This document shows positions 39,781 through 54,756 of a stretch of 64,000 nucleotides of DNA, piece after piece. The notes beneath the pieces are model-generated. The model saw only the letters and a program-made list of their open reading frames with translations. It ran no database searches and was not told the DNA's origin. The stretch is from contig OZ024741.1 of assembly GCA_964016885.1 (NCBI GenBank), positions 83,142,001-83,206,000 on the forward strand. The letters are read 5' to 3'. Within the stretch, counting starts at the first letter, position 1. Each line of letters opens with the position of its first letter. This DNA comes from Eledone cirrhosa (taxonomy: Eukaryota). Both the position numbers and the translations under genes were made by a program.

Positions 39781-40097
39781 TAAAGGTTAAACAAGGTTCA
39801 ATGAATAAATCAAAGAAGGAGTTTTACAATAGATGGATGCACTCAACAGTTTCGTTTTCCGTAGTTATAAATATTAATTCAAAATATTAACAAAAATAGA
39901 CATTCGTGTCATCAAGTATATTTCATTATACATAATCTGACTGAATCTTAACCATCTACTAAGTCAGGGTATGTCATGCAACATCTTATTTTATCTGATG
40001 AGGACGTACTGTTGAAGATAGCTCAGTACCTCTGAAATATGTATAACAAAATATAGTTGATCACACGAATGTTTATTTTTGTTAATATTTTGAATTG

Positions 40098-40099
<2 letters not shown>
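39781..40099 (+). mobile_element. PLE-like cassette in (TA)n with ~55-bp inverted repeats and a degenerate hammerhead
   Basis: Inverted repeats at ~39876-39933 and ~40038-40097. CTGATGA (39995) GGACGTACTG...CAGTACCTCT GAAA (40034) TATGTA. GCACTCA at 39839. Confidence 0.6.
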
Positions 40100-40123
<24 letters not shown>

Positions 40124-40128
<5 letters not shown>

Positions 40129-40435
40129 AAAGAATAGAGGTGTAACACACAAGTTATTATATATTGGTAAACGGAATAGAAAATGCTGATAAATTGTTCA
40201 CAGTTGAAAAATGGTTTAATTAGGAATAAAAGAGTATTAGTGATTGTATGGGTTAGTATTCAGTTGTGGTTTTAAGTTTTTAAGTTTTTAGCGGTTGCGC
40301 ATTTCTAAATGCTTTTCAAAAATAATTTTGAGATAGAGTGTCCGTGCTGTTTGCTCTGATCACTAATACTCTTTTATTCCTAATTAAACCATTTTTCAAC
40401 TGTGAACAATTTGTCAGCATTTTCTATTCCGTTTA

Positions 40436-40444
<9 letters not shown>
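40124..40444. repeat. TA-embedded cassette with ~87-bp inverted repeats
   Basis: ~40157-40243 (atattggtaaacggaatagaaaatgctga...gagtattagtgat) matches the reverse complement of ~40359-40444. Confidence 0.85.
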
Positions 40445-40495
<51 letters not shown>

Positions 40496-40782
40496 TATAC
40501 GTATATACGTATATACATATGTGCACATGTATGTATGTTGAATTGCATTATAAAGATGTTAGCTTATATATTCATGTATTTACATATTTTCATGTAATTT
40601 TCTTCTATATCTAGCGTCTTCTTCTCCTCCTCCTCCCTTCTCCCTTCTTGTTCTTGTTCTTGTTCTTGTTTTTCTTCTTGTTCTTCTTCTTGTTATTCTT
40701 CTTCTTCTTCTTCTTCTTCTTCTTCTTCTTCTTCTTCTTCTTCTTCTTCTTCTTCTTCTTCTTCTTCTTCTTCTTCTTCTTC

Positions 40783-41905
40783 ACCCCCATATTCTGAGAG
40801 AGTCGTTGGGGAAAATTCTTCAAACTATTCTTCCAGCGGATCCTGTCAGAAGCAACCGACTCCACCTAATCCGGCTGGATCCCCAACCGAGACACGCCAA
40901 GTTGATGGATCTTGACCAACCATCTTGTTCGGTGACTACCCCTGAGTCCCCTAGCTGTTGGTTTTGCCCGTAAAATCTGTCCAAAGATTCTTTCCAAAGA
41001 CATTCTAACTACATGCCCATATTATCACAGCTGTGATCTCTCAATTCGGAGAAGTAGCGGCTCTACCTGATGGGACATACTGATCTCCGAGCTACGTACT
41101 CTATCGTCGAGTAACGTTACTCGAATGACACAAGCTACGTACACTATTGTCGAATAACGGTACTCCAATTACCCTTCAAGGCAACCACGTTTCGGTTGAT
41201 TGTACTCGCGATCGTATTCTCTCGGTCATTACCCAAGACCCTTGACGATATGTAAAGGTAGGCATGAATAACGTATTCAAAATACCGAGTTTGGCTTTTA
41301 CGCCTACCTTCCGTCTTCTAATTACTGAATGCTGAATCTGGCGTTTTACTGCACCAGAACATGCAAATCTTATACTTGATTCGGCCACCTACCTTCCAAC
41401 GTGAACACGGCCCTGAGATACTTGGACTTTTCAACTTGCTTCACAGGGACTCCATTGACATGTAGTGTGAGCTTCCTTGAGAGGATGAATGTCTCAGTTT
41501 TTGCAGCACTGATTTTCATTCCAGCCTTGGAGAACTCGGCGTCAAACCAATCTACTAGAAGTCGGAGATCAACTTCTGAAGGGTTAAATAACACGATGTC
41601 GTCTGCAAATTCTACCTGACTGATGTTACACCTGCCATACATGATCCCACTTCTAAACCGGCTGCATATGTCAATCTTATTCATGTACATGATGAACATG
41701 ATGAACAGAAGTGAAAGTATGCACCTGTGGGGTGCTCCTGCTATTCGGGGCCACACAAGGCACCTTCACCCGTGGCATGTGGCAGCTGAAGCAGAAACCG
41801 GTGAGCTGAACTATCTCCATACTATGAATCATCTGGTGGCAGTATTTGCCATGTTTCTTTCAAGGTACAAAGCTTTCTAACTCATCTCCGTACAACATCC
41901 TCCAC
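40783..41905 (-). mobile_element. RTE-like LINE remnant with a (GAA)n tail
   Basis: LSLLFIMFIMYM, EFADDIVLF, AGMKISAAKTE, VKQVEKSKYL. The 3' end abuts (CTT)n at 40618-40782. Confidence 0.75.
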
Positions 41906-42408
41906 ATTCTCTAGTAGCATGTTATAATATTTCGTAGATAATATTTCAAGGAAGACAATACTAAATCTATTGTTAGAGGGCTTATTTAGCATAAAGAAAG
42001 TTTCAAACACTTAACATGTTTATACGAGTTTAGGTCTCGGGGTTCAGTTATAGCTACCGCTGTATAGTGGAGGAGCCTCTTTAATTTGATCTGAGTAGTC
42101 AATTGACTTGCTGGATATATAACCCAAACTCACTTAAAATCAAATCTCACCTCCTTCGACAAGTGAGAATATACATATCCATACAAAATGTTAGAATACG
42201 CTTAAAAGGAATGATTTTGAGTTTAGTTTGGCTGAGAGTAACATTCAGTAAAAATGCTTACTACTACTACTACTACTAATAGCGCTGCTGCCGCTGATGA
42301 TGATGCTGCTGATGATGATGATATTACTACTATTGAAGCTGATGCTGATACTACTACTACTGCTACTGGTGTTGTTACTACTACTACTACTGCTCCTGCT
42401 GCTGCTGT

Positions 42409-42455
<47 letters not shown>

Positions 42456-42465
42456 ATAATAATAA

Positions 42466-42533
<68 letters not shown>

Positions 42534-42945
42534 TATGAATCAGCTGACGGATTCTTTGATAGAATTACTTCAATATGTTTTTTTTTCCAATAATCATTTT
42601 ACCCATAAAATAATTACGTTTTCTTGCAGTGACAAGTTTTATTCGAGCCATGCCTAGATGGTTAATACCATAACACATTTATCTCTAGGTGCGCCGAGCC
42701 TTTATTGGGCTGAATATATCCGATTAATTCCAGCCCTATAAAGAGAATGAGTGATAAAGAGAAATGGAAAGTGTTGTGTACGTGTGTATGTAATTACATG
42801 TGTGTGAATGCCTCTGAAAATAGTCATGCCTGAGTGGATATGATATTTGCTTAAGTGTCATAAGGAGCCGGAATAGGCTATTTGGAAACAGCGTGAGGAA
42901 TCAACCTTTGTTCTGATATGTTAAATTGTTTATCGTCCTAGAAAT

Positions 42946-43137
42946 AATTGTTTCTACTTTTGGCACAAGGCCAGCAATTATCCCAGTACGTTACTGGTAC
43001 TTTATTTTATCGACCCCGTAAGGATGAAAGGCAAAGTGAACCTCGTTGGGATTTGAACTCAGACTATAAAGGGGCGTAACTCTATGTTGCAATGCATGGC
43101 GTCCGACCTTCTACCGATACTGCCAATCCTCCGCCCT
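42946..43137 (-). mobile_element. SINE family 1
   Basis: Reverse complement of the 4354-4545 consensus. Confidence 0.85.
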
Positions 43138-44205
43138 CGTCCTTGAAATAATGAGATGCCGTATTCACGAGGGCATTAATTGAATTGAAAGCATTGACAG
43201 AGAAATGAAAAGGAAGTCGCAAGAGGTTTTATTCGACACTCTACCTACTTCCCATTCATCTCCTTTTCCAGGTGGATCTGGGAAAAGGCAAGTGATATAA
43301 TTTTACAATGGTCATTAGCATATACATTAGTTTTAGAATTGTTATTAGGGGAATTGTTTTAATTATTCATAAAGTTAATTGAAAACTATGGTTTTGTTAT
43401 CATGTTGAGAAATGTAATTCATTTTATTTGTTATATTTTATATATTTAACGCAGCTGTTGATGAACAATATTAAAATACTTCAAAACAAGTCCAACTTTT
43501 ATGGTGGACAAAACAATCTCAACTATTCTAGTATGAAATAAATAAATACTGATATCCAGGAATGAATTAAAAAAAAGTACTAGTTATTTTTGCAGGACAT
43601 GGGAATTTGTGCGGAATAATTGTTAACAATTTCATGCATGAGGCAGCCATTTTGCAAAATTTACAATAGAAACATACTTGAAGAAAATTACTATTTCAAT
43701 AACAAACATCTCATTAGCGTAGTTCTAATTAACTCCGTTGATTATAATAACAAACTAAGGAGAATAATTAACGGAACTGTCACCATAACCATTAACACCC
43801 CAACAAAGCACCAACATAAATCAATGAGAAGATATATAGATGGTTAATAACAATAATAGAAATAGCAGCTATTGCAAATCATCCAAGTGGCTTAAAAAGC
43901 CGGACGACCACTTTGAAAAATATATACCTAAGAACAAAGAATAGTCAATAATTATTTCTATTTTAGGCACAAGGCCAGCAGTCAATAATGGAATGTCATT
44001 ATACGTAGGATTTTGCAGTTACAGCAAATTGTATATACTCATATTGGTATAGTCATGGCGGTATATTTAAAAAAGGCAAGGCAATTATGCGATAGAGTGA
44101 TTGATTGCCCTAGGTAGGAAATTGGGTATATATTTTCTTCCAAGTCGTCACATACAGCATTTCAAGAAACGAAAGAATACCAGAATACTCTTTTTACATC
44201 CCTAT

Positions 44206-44313
<108 letters not shown>

Positions 44314-44804
44314 GTATGTATGTATATATGTATGTATGTATGTATATATATGAATGGCTTCACGGGGATATTTTCGTAGACATTTATCGTTATTTATCGT
44401 TATATCTCAACGGACTCTCTTAATCAACCAGTCTCGCGGGACAGTGCTAAAGACTTGCATAAACGGAATAGAGAGTTTATTGCATTCCTTGTGGTATTTT
44501 ATTAATGATTTCACTTTGTTCACATCGTACTTAAATTTCAAAGAAATAAATGGAATTAGAAAAGAAAAAGCGTAAAAAAAAAACACTAAGACGTAATCCA
44601 GTAGTTAACTCTGGTGAATGTTACAGAATCCTTCCCATTATTTCTATAATAATCAATAAATGCTTCAACTACACGTTTACATTTACAATGTAATATTCAA
44701 ATTAATATGCATAAACACACACACGCACACATATATATATATGTGTGTGTCTGTATATGTTTGCATACACACACGCATATTATATATATATATATATATA
44801 TATG

Positions 44805-45865
44805 CGGTGGTTAATTTTAATGGCCACCTTTCTCAGCCCTATCAGGTCTCCCGATTGGTGCCCTATCTACTCTATTCTGTATGTATTGACTCTCGAGCCT
44901 TTATTGCGGAAGCCTGAGCTGGTGCAGGGCATCTACCTCGGGGTTTGGTTCGGACTAGATATGCAGGTCAATAGGAATTGGTACGAGGTTACGATCAGGG
45001 TAACCACAATCACCCCAAAATGGGCCGATTGGAAGCTATTCCTGAAAGATCAGGCGGAGGTCGCGAACTACTTCCTCGTACAGCCTGACCGCCGTTCCTT
45101 GTCCCCGTTTATGATTTTGAACTTCTTGTGGAGGGGACAGCTTCCGTTGGTGAGGTGGCCCATCTGCTGTCACTACCCTCTACGTGGTGGACAGGGAATA
45201 CAGTGGGTATGCGCTGAGTCTTTGGCATCTCCAGATTATGTTTAAACGTTGATTCTGACTAAACCTTGAACCGGTGTGGACGCCATATGTGAGACAGACA
45301 TTTCGCAGCTCGAGTCTAGGTGAAGAAGAGACTGAAGCTGGAGGCCTATCATCTGGAATGTTGCCAGGCCCTTACTGCCATCTTCTAGGCGGCTAATGCG
45401 GTCAGTGGTACTTCCACTCACCATAGATGATTAGTGGTGGACTAGTGCGACGATGCACCCGAAGAGGCTCTAGGCGTCTACGAAGTCGAACCGACCTGTC
45501 TGATCCGGAGGACTTTCGAGCCGGCGACTATGGATAACTACCAGAAATCACTCACTTCACAGTGCAACCGGGGAGCATAGCCATTTCGAGATAAAAAGAT
45601 AGCTGTTGTCACGCGAAGAATGAATCCGACTATTTACGGAGTCCATAGAAAAAATCGCGCTACCGTCATCGTTTGACCGGGAAGGGCAGGCAATATGGAA
45701 AAGAATGTTTTTACATATTTTTATATATGTTATTGTTAAGAGTTTTACTATTATGTATTTTTGACTTGATTTCATTGCAAGCCCCCACTGTCACCGTCTT
45801 TGTATTGTGCTCTATATATCGCCATCTCTGTCATGCCTTGATTTGTACTCTACTGGTGCTCAAAA
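44805..45865 (+). mobile_element. Old, internally deleted Tx1-like LINE fragment
   Basis: VNFNGHLSQPY, CPIYSILYVLTLEPLLRK, LGVWFGLDMQVNRNWYEVT and ICCHYPLRGG match copy A. Confidence 0.85.
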
Positions 45866-45874
45866 TCTACAATC

Positions 45875-46600
45875 AAAGATTAACTGACCACTGTTTCAAT
45901 CGCATCATTGCAGAATTAGCACTTTGGATATATTCCATTTCTCATCGTAGTGGCATGATAGTTTCGTGTTAACAAGCTTATATCTTCTGCAAATAAATTT
46001 AATTCGTCACTTTCTCTCTTAATCCCTGGGAAACGTAGTGCTCGATAGTCAACATCAGCGTGCTTGCTCGGGCCACATATGTTCCATGCAGGGGTCTCTC
46101 TTTCCACCTCGATGATTAATGGTACTTGCTTTGCAAAATCAGTCGCTACAGTTCTCTCGGTTTGTTCAACTTCGATATTAATCATGAGATATGTAGCAAA
46201 TATTTGCGTTCTGTCAAGATCAATTGAAGGTTCTTACTTCGCTCATGTTTTTTAACAAGTTTCAGGAACCAGTTGTTCGTTGTAAAATAGTTCAAACTGG
46301 GTCAAACCCCTGTCACCTTTAGTTCTGGGAAGGTAAAGACGATCTACGTCTGAATTTGGATGGCGCATCTTATTACATTTCAGCAGCTAATATTTTTACT
46401 AATATTGTTATTATAGTATACGAATACAAAGTCAACACCCCTTCCAATAAAAAGACGTACATAGCGTTAAGAGTGAATACACCCTATTCTAGGGTTACAC
46501 ATGCCCACACGTTCTTTCGAAAACCTATAAGCATAATGACCTCCTTTTCCGTTTACATATGATGTTTGAAGGAGAGAAATATCCGATATAGTTTATACTG
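45875..46600 (-). mobile_element. Old diverged R4/Dong-like fragment
   Basis: [21 protein letters not shown] (~46305-46368) and FAEDISLLTRNYH..PKC*FCNDAIET match the young copies ([16 protein letters not shown]; AAQEQAL..CRIC..ET). Confidence 0.75.
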
Positions 46601-47059
46601 GAGGATTTTTGTGAAGGCTAGATATCACGACGGCATTCGAGAACACTATATTTTATGTAGTTTTGAATGTTCTACGGTTACGAGAGCATTCTGTACAAAA
46701 ATTCATAGGAGAATTTGACATTTAATCACAGATTATATAAGACAATTTTGCAGTTGTGTCCATACTCTACCTCAATATAACAGGTTTATTTTGTTTATGA
46801 TCCCTTATTTATCAGATCATTGGTTGATTATAGTCATGTAAGGGCAGCTCGGATTGGATTAAGTCACTGGCGTGCTCGGTTATGGACAGGCAGATTTGCT
46901 CAAATCCCGCTTAATGTCCCGCATACGGTGACATGCGCGAAATTTACAGTTCTTAGCATCCATTATTCTTATATCTTGTACTCTTCAGTTAATTCTGTTG
47001 AAATCTCTACCGAACAACAGGTACAGCTAATCTGATGACTACAGATAATCTATTCTTTG

Positions 47060-47965
47060 ATTTCAGCTCTGTGTTTAATACACGTCCCGCCGACCTATAA
47101 TATTATCAATTTAGCTTCCTTGGGTGCAACTTATCCCCTCACCTTCATTGACGTCAATATATTTGTAAGTCTCTTCTTTTTGCATTTATTTCCAAGTCTA
47201 GCTTGCAGCTTGCGGTTATTTTATAAGACTGAACTCCATGTCAATGCCATCGCTAAAATATTTTACTGGTTCGAGCAGACCCTCTAATTTGCTATCATTT
47301 TAGTGAAACGATTAAGATCCTCCATATCGATCAGATGGTTGAAAAGGCTTTCATTAATGTTGGTCCTTAAAACTATATCTTCCCGATTTGTATCCCTTTT
47401 GCTCTATAGGTAAGATATTGGTTTCTTGCAGAAATGAGTACACACTTTCATTCATTATTGATTATAACTGCTTATATCGGGTGGACATGAATGCTATTGG
47501 TCTGTAATTCTAAACTTTATCTGTTCCTTCATTTTTCGTAAGAGAAATGTTATTTCCATTGTGATCCATGCCGGCATTTCCATTGGTAAATCATGAGTTT
47601 CGATAGAACTTTTGCCGTTAAACTATGTGCAAGCTGTACATGTTACCTTTCTGAATATAAAGGTAATCATTTGATCCCCATTTGACATTTCATGAAGTAC
47701 GGAAGTGTCATTCCGCTATTAAGTGCCTCTATTTCTTCTTTGCTTTTCCAAGAAGGCTTTCTATACCTCTTCTGAGTGCTCTTCGTAACGTTTATGTTTA
47801 TGTTTTTAGTTACATCTAAGCCTGTTGTATATATAATGCAGCTTAACGTACTTATATATTGAGGATCATCATCACTGAAGTATAGTATTCTTTTAGTGTG
47901 GTATTATATATATCAATGATTTTCTTGTTACGCTTTTTGGATTCGATTTTTGATAGATATTGTTC
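47060..47965 (-). mobile_element. Second old R4/Dong-like RT fragment
   Basis: Degenerate YRKAF (~47760), NHLIDMEDL (~47325) and ETYKYIDVNE (~47160) occur in the expected order. Confidence 0.6.
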
Positions 47966-47975
47966 AGCCACAGAA

Positions 47976-48040
<65 letters not shown>

Positions 48041-48543
48041 TATTCATTATCATTATTAATTGAGTAAAAATAATTTATTCTACCCGGTAATAATTTATAT
48101 CTTTCTAGTATTCGGCTTCTTTAATAAGCACATTATTCATGTCTTGAATGATAAAAATCTATTGGAATATACTCCATTTATTCTATCTACAAACTCAGAG
48201 CTGTAGATCCCTTAAATGTTAGCATGTAGAGCCATTATGTATTTCTGTATTTTGAATGCCATAAATGCTTATAACATTTTGAATACCATATATGGTTATA
48301 ACATTTTGAATGCCATATATACTTTTAACATTTTGAAATATATATGTGCATCCATACATTGAATAATATCCCGGAAAAGGGAGAAAGCTGAAATTGTTTC
48401 CTTAAAGTTTTAATCTGTTTCAATAATAAATATTTCTATCTACGGTATATATCTATATATACATATAAAAATAACACATCCTTGTATACATATACATATA
48501 GAAACACATATATCCTAACTATATAAATATATGTATATAGACG

Positions 48544-48595
<52 letters not shown>

Positions 48596-48998
48596 CAAAT
48601 ATTTCTCTCTCTCTCTACCCTCTCTATACATATATAATTATCGAGTTATTGCTGCATTTTGGTCATTGTATGTATTGTTGCTATATATATATATACATGT
48701 ATATATTGTTTTACATGTATACATATGCACACATTCTTCACATGTCCAGAACAAAATCGAAAAGTAAAAAAGGACAACAACAATAACAACGACAAAATCG
48801 TGAGATGTGAGTGAATTAATATTACATAAATTCCTCAAGGTATTTCTTTCATATTATATTCTTCAACATACCACCATTGAATTTCATCATTCATTCAAGA
48901 ACCTTTCTATTCTCGAAAAAAATGTATCAAATATCTTTTTTTTAAATTTGATATTTATCTTAAATATATTTCTCTCTCATATATATCTATATACATGT

Positions 48999-49054
<56 letters not shown>

Positions 49055-49057
<3 letters not shown>

Positions 49058-49232
49058 TCGTTTCTGAATTTGTTCAGCAAGATTCTTTATATATATATAT
49101 ATAACGAAGGAAATGTGGTAAGGAACCAGGTGGACCATAACGCACCAAAGTACTCAATACTTAGGGTAGTAGAGTGGGTAATAGGAACGAGTAGGACCAC
49201 GACGGCTGAGCTCAAGCCGTTTCGACGGCTAA

Positions 49233-49238
<6 letters not shown>
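49055..49238. mobile_element. TA-embedded PLE-like termini (homologous to 6782-6917 and to the start of the 23235 cassette)
   Basis: aacgaaggaaatgtggtaaggaaccaggtggaccataacgcaccaaagtactcaatac...gccgtttcgacggctaattc. gtttctgaatttgtt(c/t)agcaagat is shared with ~23239. Confidence 0.75.
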
Positions 49239-49322
<84 letters not shown>

Positions 49323-51065
49323 CAAATATTTATTAAAATAACAGATTAAAGTTTAAGCAAAGAATCGCTGCTTTCACCCTTAACGGGATCTTCTGAAACT
49401 AAAAGAGTCAATCTGTGAACGCAGAAGTAAATATTTTTAAAAACGTAGCAACCGAAGGAAGACAGAAAGACGAGACTTTGGTTCCTGGAAACGTTCCCTG
49501 GCAAAGAACGGGGGAAAAGGAAGATAATACGTCATTATTTGGAGCGGTGAAAAACAATTACACGCAAAGACAAAACCACGTTTATGGTATAAATGAAATC
49601 GTAGACTAATATTCTACTAGGTGGTTCATAGAGACGTTCTCTGGCAATGAACGGAAAAAACGAAGATGAGGACAATTACACGCAAAGACAAAACCACGTA
49701 AATGGTATAACTGAAATTGTCGACTAAAATTATATTAAGGAAACCGAATGATTCTCGGCTTCAGAGTTATGAATAAAGTAAATAAAATACAGAGGTAAAT
49801 GAAATAAATATATACATACACGCATCCATATACGTACATACACAAGCATACGCAAAACACTCGCCATGGGTATGCAAAAGCAAGCACGTACACGAAAAAA
49901 CACGCACGCACATGTGTGTGCGTGTGTGTGTGTGTGTGCGCGAGTGTTAATTAAATGGGGCTGACCTTATTTTTCGTCATGTTAAGATGTATTGATGATA
50001 ACAGTAAATAATGATCTATTTTAACCCTAGTCCCTTTAGAAATTCTTCATAGTAAGATAAATTAAATTTAACGGCTTGAAAGAACATTTAGGAAAATGTG
50101 TTATGTATATGTTATATAACTCATCACCACTATTTTTTTGTCAATAGACTATTAATGCATTTTAGAGGCTGACTTTATGGCGTATATAACTGTCATCAAT
50201 TGTTGTGCACAATTCTGTTCGTTGAAACTTTGAAACGACTGTAAAATAATGAACGAATTAATTATACCATCTAATACTCACAGAGACACACATATAAGCG
50301 CAGATGCATACATAGGCAGAATCTATCGCACTATATCCCTCCCTGTCACTACTTTAGCTGTACAACATCAGATATCTCATCTTCATATAAATAGTAACAT
50401 TCATTAGCTGAAAGCTTTACGCTGGGAAAGATTTTTATTTTATATACATAAAACTTAATTATTTACTATCTGTTTATTTCTTCTTCAGTACCTCCACCAC
50501 CACAAACAACAAAACAGACAATAACACCAATGACAATACCAACAAGTTTACCATCCTAACTTCAACACCAGCAGAAACACCAACACATACAGCAACAACA
50601 ATAACATCGTTTACAATAGTTATACCAACAAGAACACTAAATACAATATAAAACATACATATTTATCTCATTGAAACAACAATACTCTTCACCAGCACCA
50701 GCAAAGCTACCACTACCAGCAGAAAATACAATAAACCCAGTAGATACACCAACAACAGTAAGTACATCAATTCTATCAACACTAACATGAATAACCACGC
50801 TTGAAGATCACCTTCATTATAATACGACTATTTCAACAAACACCACCACCACAAACAACGGCGGCTACACAAGAAACGCTAGCAACGACACCAACAACAA
50901 TAATTTAATTCTACGACCCTATCATCTCTACACAATAACGAGTTTTACAACCGGAAAGAGCACCAACACCGATACCCACAGCAACGGTATATTACCACTT
51001 TTTCCACAACCACCAACAACAGGTACACCAACAACTATCTTCACTACAATTATTTTCACAACCTC

Positions 51066-51259
51066 GGTGGCGGTGGATTGGCAGTATTGGTAGAGGGTCG
51101 GACGCCATGCATTGATCTACAGAGTTACGGCCCTTGCCATTCTGAGTTCAAATCCTGCCGAGGTTAACTTTGCCCTTCATCCTTACGGGGTCGATAAAAT
51201 AAAGTACCAGTAATACACTGGGTAATTGCTGGCCTTGTGCCTAACGTAGAAACAATTAT
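51066..51259 (+). mobile_element. SINE family 1, full length, 20-bp target-site duplication
   Basis: acaattattttcacaacctc at 51046-51065 and 51252-51271. Confidence 0.9.
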
Positions 51260-51562
51260 TTTCACAACCTCAAGCACCAGTAATATAAGACATTTACAAC
51301 AACACATATTCCAACATTCAACAACACACCTACACCTTCATTTCCTCTACATAACCACTGTTTCTGCAACCACCACCATCAACAACATCAACAATATAAA
51401 GGGCCACAAAACATCACTAGCACCAACATCTATATCAGCAACAACGATAACAACATCATAACCCGACCTCCAAAATAAGCGTTTGGGCAATCTGTTTTAG
51501 TTTATCTCCCGGAAGATAAAGTAAAATATATTTCAGTTTCTCCTTCTAATGAAATATCTTTT

Positions 51563-51742
51563 AATTGTTTCTACTTTCGGCACAAGGCCAGTAAATACCC
51601 CAGTGCATTACTGGTACTTTATTTTATCACCGTAAGGATGAAAGGCTAAGTTTACCTCGGCAGGATTTGAACTCAGATCATAAAAGGATGCAACTGTATG
51701 CTAGAAAGCATGGCGTCCGACCCTCTACCGATACTGCCAATC
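51563..51742 (-). mobile_element. SINE family 1
   Basis: Reverse complement of the consensus. Confidence 0.85.
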
Positions 51743-51903
51743 AAAAAATATTTTAATACGATTTAGGCATATATTACTTACATATTTAAATTATGAATAT
51801 ATTAATACTATTCGTGTGTAGACATGAGCACTTATCCATTTATAGTTATTGTTGAACCTGGGCGATACCACGTTCTCCTTTATTATACAAACATATATAT
51901 AAT

Positions 51904-52011
<108 letters not shown>

Positions 52012-52419
52012 TGTATGTGTGTGTGTCTGGTATAACATTAAGTGTATTTTCCTACTATATATGGCAATACATGAAGTAGAGAGGTTTTTGAAACTTCAAA
52101 ATTTCTCCATCGAATGAAACATTACTACCCTTTTTTAAAAATGAAATATAATTATATGTGTATGTGAGCATGTATGTTGACACGCACCTTACATATTCCA
52201 ACATATGCGTATACACGTATGCATATAGAATATATGCACCGAATCAGACATATACGTGTTATTGTTGTTGCTTTTAGAACTTTGTTGTTTCCGGAGATAA
52301 CTTTTCTGGTCTTTCGAACTACGGATTATTCTAATCAAGAAATTAACACATACATAGGTATTCATTCCCACTTAACGGAGTTCACAGGGAGATTGAGCTT
52401 GGCCCAATGTGTAGCAAGC

Positions 52420-52582
52420 TGGCCTTTTAAACAATAACTGGTGCAACACATTTGTCCAGCTGACTGGACTGGAGTAGTTTGAAATATTGTACTTTTCTTA
52501 AGACTCACTCACCAACGGTACTTAAAAGAACATACGACGTTAACATCGGAAGCAACGACTTAACCACTCAGCCACGCGCATT
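52420..52582 (-). mobile_element. SINE family 2-like, degenerate
   Basis: cagctgactggactggag...ttaaccactcagccacgcgc is the reverse complement of the head and CORE-like segments. Confidence 0.55.
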
Positions 52583-53971
52583 TACTATGTACATACTGCA
52601 GTAATACATTCAGATATATTTCCTCTCGATTTAAAGTACAAACAAAATCATTAATTTTAATACATAAGAAAAAGAAATGTAATTTTATATTTATTTTTGT
52701 TCATCTCGTAATGTTTTTATCTTAACCATCATTACATTGTTGAGAGTATTTAAAATTGAAAAATATGAATGGAATAAAAAAAAAATTAAAATGGCTACAA
52801 CCAAATCAAGATATAATAAAATGTAAAATACAACAAAGCAATGATAATAAATCAATCAATAAATTTAATATTATATTATATAATTTGTGCCGAAATTTAA
52901 TAATTTCAAATATACAGAAATACTTATTTAAGACAAAAATATTATTGAAAACTAAGTGTTATTTGTTTTGTATAATGTTCTTTTTATTTTCTATAAATGC
53001 TAGATCTGTAGATAAAAATGTTAAAACTACCATTTGAATATTGATATTGGCGCTAACCTGCTATCTCAACGGTAACATGTTGGCTTTGATTTGTCTTTTA
53101 TATAATGATATTATTCACTGTATATTTCGTTAAATTGAAATCAAAACACAAGTCTGACTACAGCTTGCAGATACAGGCAATGATATGGTTAGTAATAGAG
53201 GAGGACTCAAATTCATTGATGCTATATTACTACTATCGGTTTAATATTGACAGAATTTGGTTAGTAATTCACCACTAATCTCTTTTTTTTTTCCTTTTTG
53301 TGGGGGGTTTGAAGCCATGACAATATAAAAGCTACATGGTAATATCGGGGTTTTGGGGCAGTAGCAACTAATTTTGATGCGTAAAACTATCGTGTTCAAT
53401 TAAATAACCAAGCCTACGCCTAACGCGCCATGCTTTGTAGAATCCAGTACATTCACCACCCTTGTAAACGTTTGTCATTAATAAACAACAAATAAAACAT
53501 ATCTTTAAACCATCGATGTTTCCCAATATACATAAACAAAAAACATATTATACTCCTAAAAGTTTCCCGAACTTATAAATCAATTAAAATTATTAATTTT
53601 TACCGCTACATATTTGGTAATTAAGTAAACAAGATATTTGAATATACAAATGATCTGTTCATATACTGCAGCTGGTTTAATATTTAAAATTCTCATCAAT
53701 TAGTTGTAGGTCAAAGTTCATGAGCTGAATACTGAAGCCTGAAATAAGATGAATGGCACAAATATTGTAAACAAATGTAATTAAGAAACACGAAAAGGAA
53801 ATACAAATTGAAACTTATTGGAAAAACATAAATTCATTTATTTCTTATGTATTTATTTAACATCTAAATTTATATAAATCTGCATTATCTTTTTCCATTT
53901 AAGCTAGCTTATCTTTCAATGGAAATGCTTATCATTAAATAACTTTTATTATTATTATTATTGTTATTATT

Positions 53972-54585
53972 AGGCACGGAAGTGCCGTCAGCCAGGCATG
54001 TCCGAGATGCCCGTAGGGCGACGAAACCGTCCTGCATGCACTCGTCCAGTGTCCGAGCATTGCTGACTTGTGGGTTTATGTCAAAGACCTGCTGGCGCGT
54101 GTAGAACGGATCGGGCTATCAGCTGAGTCCATCGTGAGGATTGCTCCGCCCTCTTCCTTTAGCCGGGAAGGGCAGGCAGTTTTTATCTGTCTGGTGGCCA
54201 TGGCGAAAGAGATAGTATGGTGGACGCGTCTGAAAGTGTTGCAGACGAGCACTTACCTCTTCGGTGATTAACTTTTTCAAATTTCATTTGAAAAGTGACC
54301 CGAGTGAATACTCTGAGTATATGCCTGTAAATTGAAGGTGGAAAACTGGGAGAGGGTACTTTCCCTGGTGGTCAGGTTCACCGTGGCTTTTTTTAATGGG
54401 CTTTCTCCACGATGACCCTCGAAAGTCTCACCCTTATTGGGGAATGTTTCATTGTTATTTTTTTTGTTATATCCTCTGTTTTTTTGTTTTCTACACGCAG
54501 AAATGCCCATTTATACCGTCCTGTATTGTCCTGTACTGTCCTTAATGTCTACTTTGTGTAAACCCTTATGGTGAATAAAGAAACC
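53972..54585 (+). mobile_element. 3'-terminal fragment of Tx1-like LINE flanked by (ATT)n on both sides
   Basis: CPRCP*GDETVLHALVQC and FICLVAMAKEIVWWTRLK. It ends AATAAAGAAACC-ATTATT. Confidence 0.88.
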
Positions 54586-54616
54586 ATTATTATTATTATT
54601 AATATTATTATTATTA

Positions 54617-54741
54617 TTCTTTGAGTCTCAGTCTTTGATGTTATTTAACTGGAAAGTTTGTTGAAATGAATATCAAGCCGCTACCTGCAGGTGGGTTCCT
54701 GCTGTACCCAGCAAGTATGCCTTTTGAAGTGTTCCAAAAAG
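54617..54741 (-). mobile_element. Very short 3' end of R4/Dong element
   Basis: Matches the 3' UTR and C-terminus at 2146-2291 and abuts (TAA)n. Confidence 0.85.
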
Positions 54742-54756
54742 GTTAACTTTGAAGTG

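Noticed and set aside
48198-48222. ctgtagatcc resembling part of miR-10
   Set aside because: Only a 10-nt match, without the seed region or a precursor hairpin.
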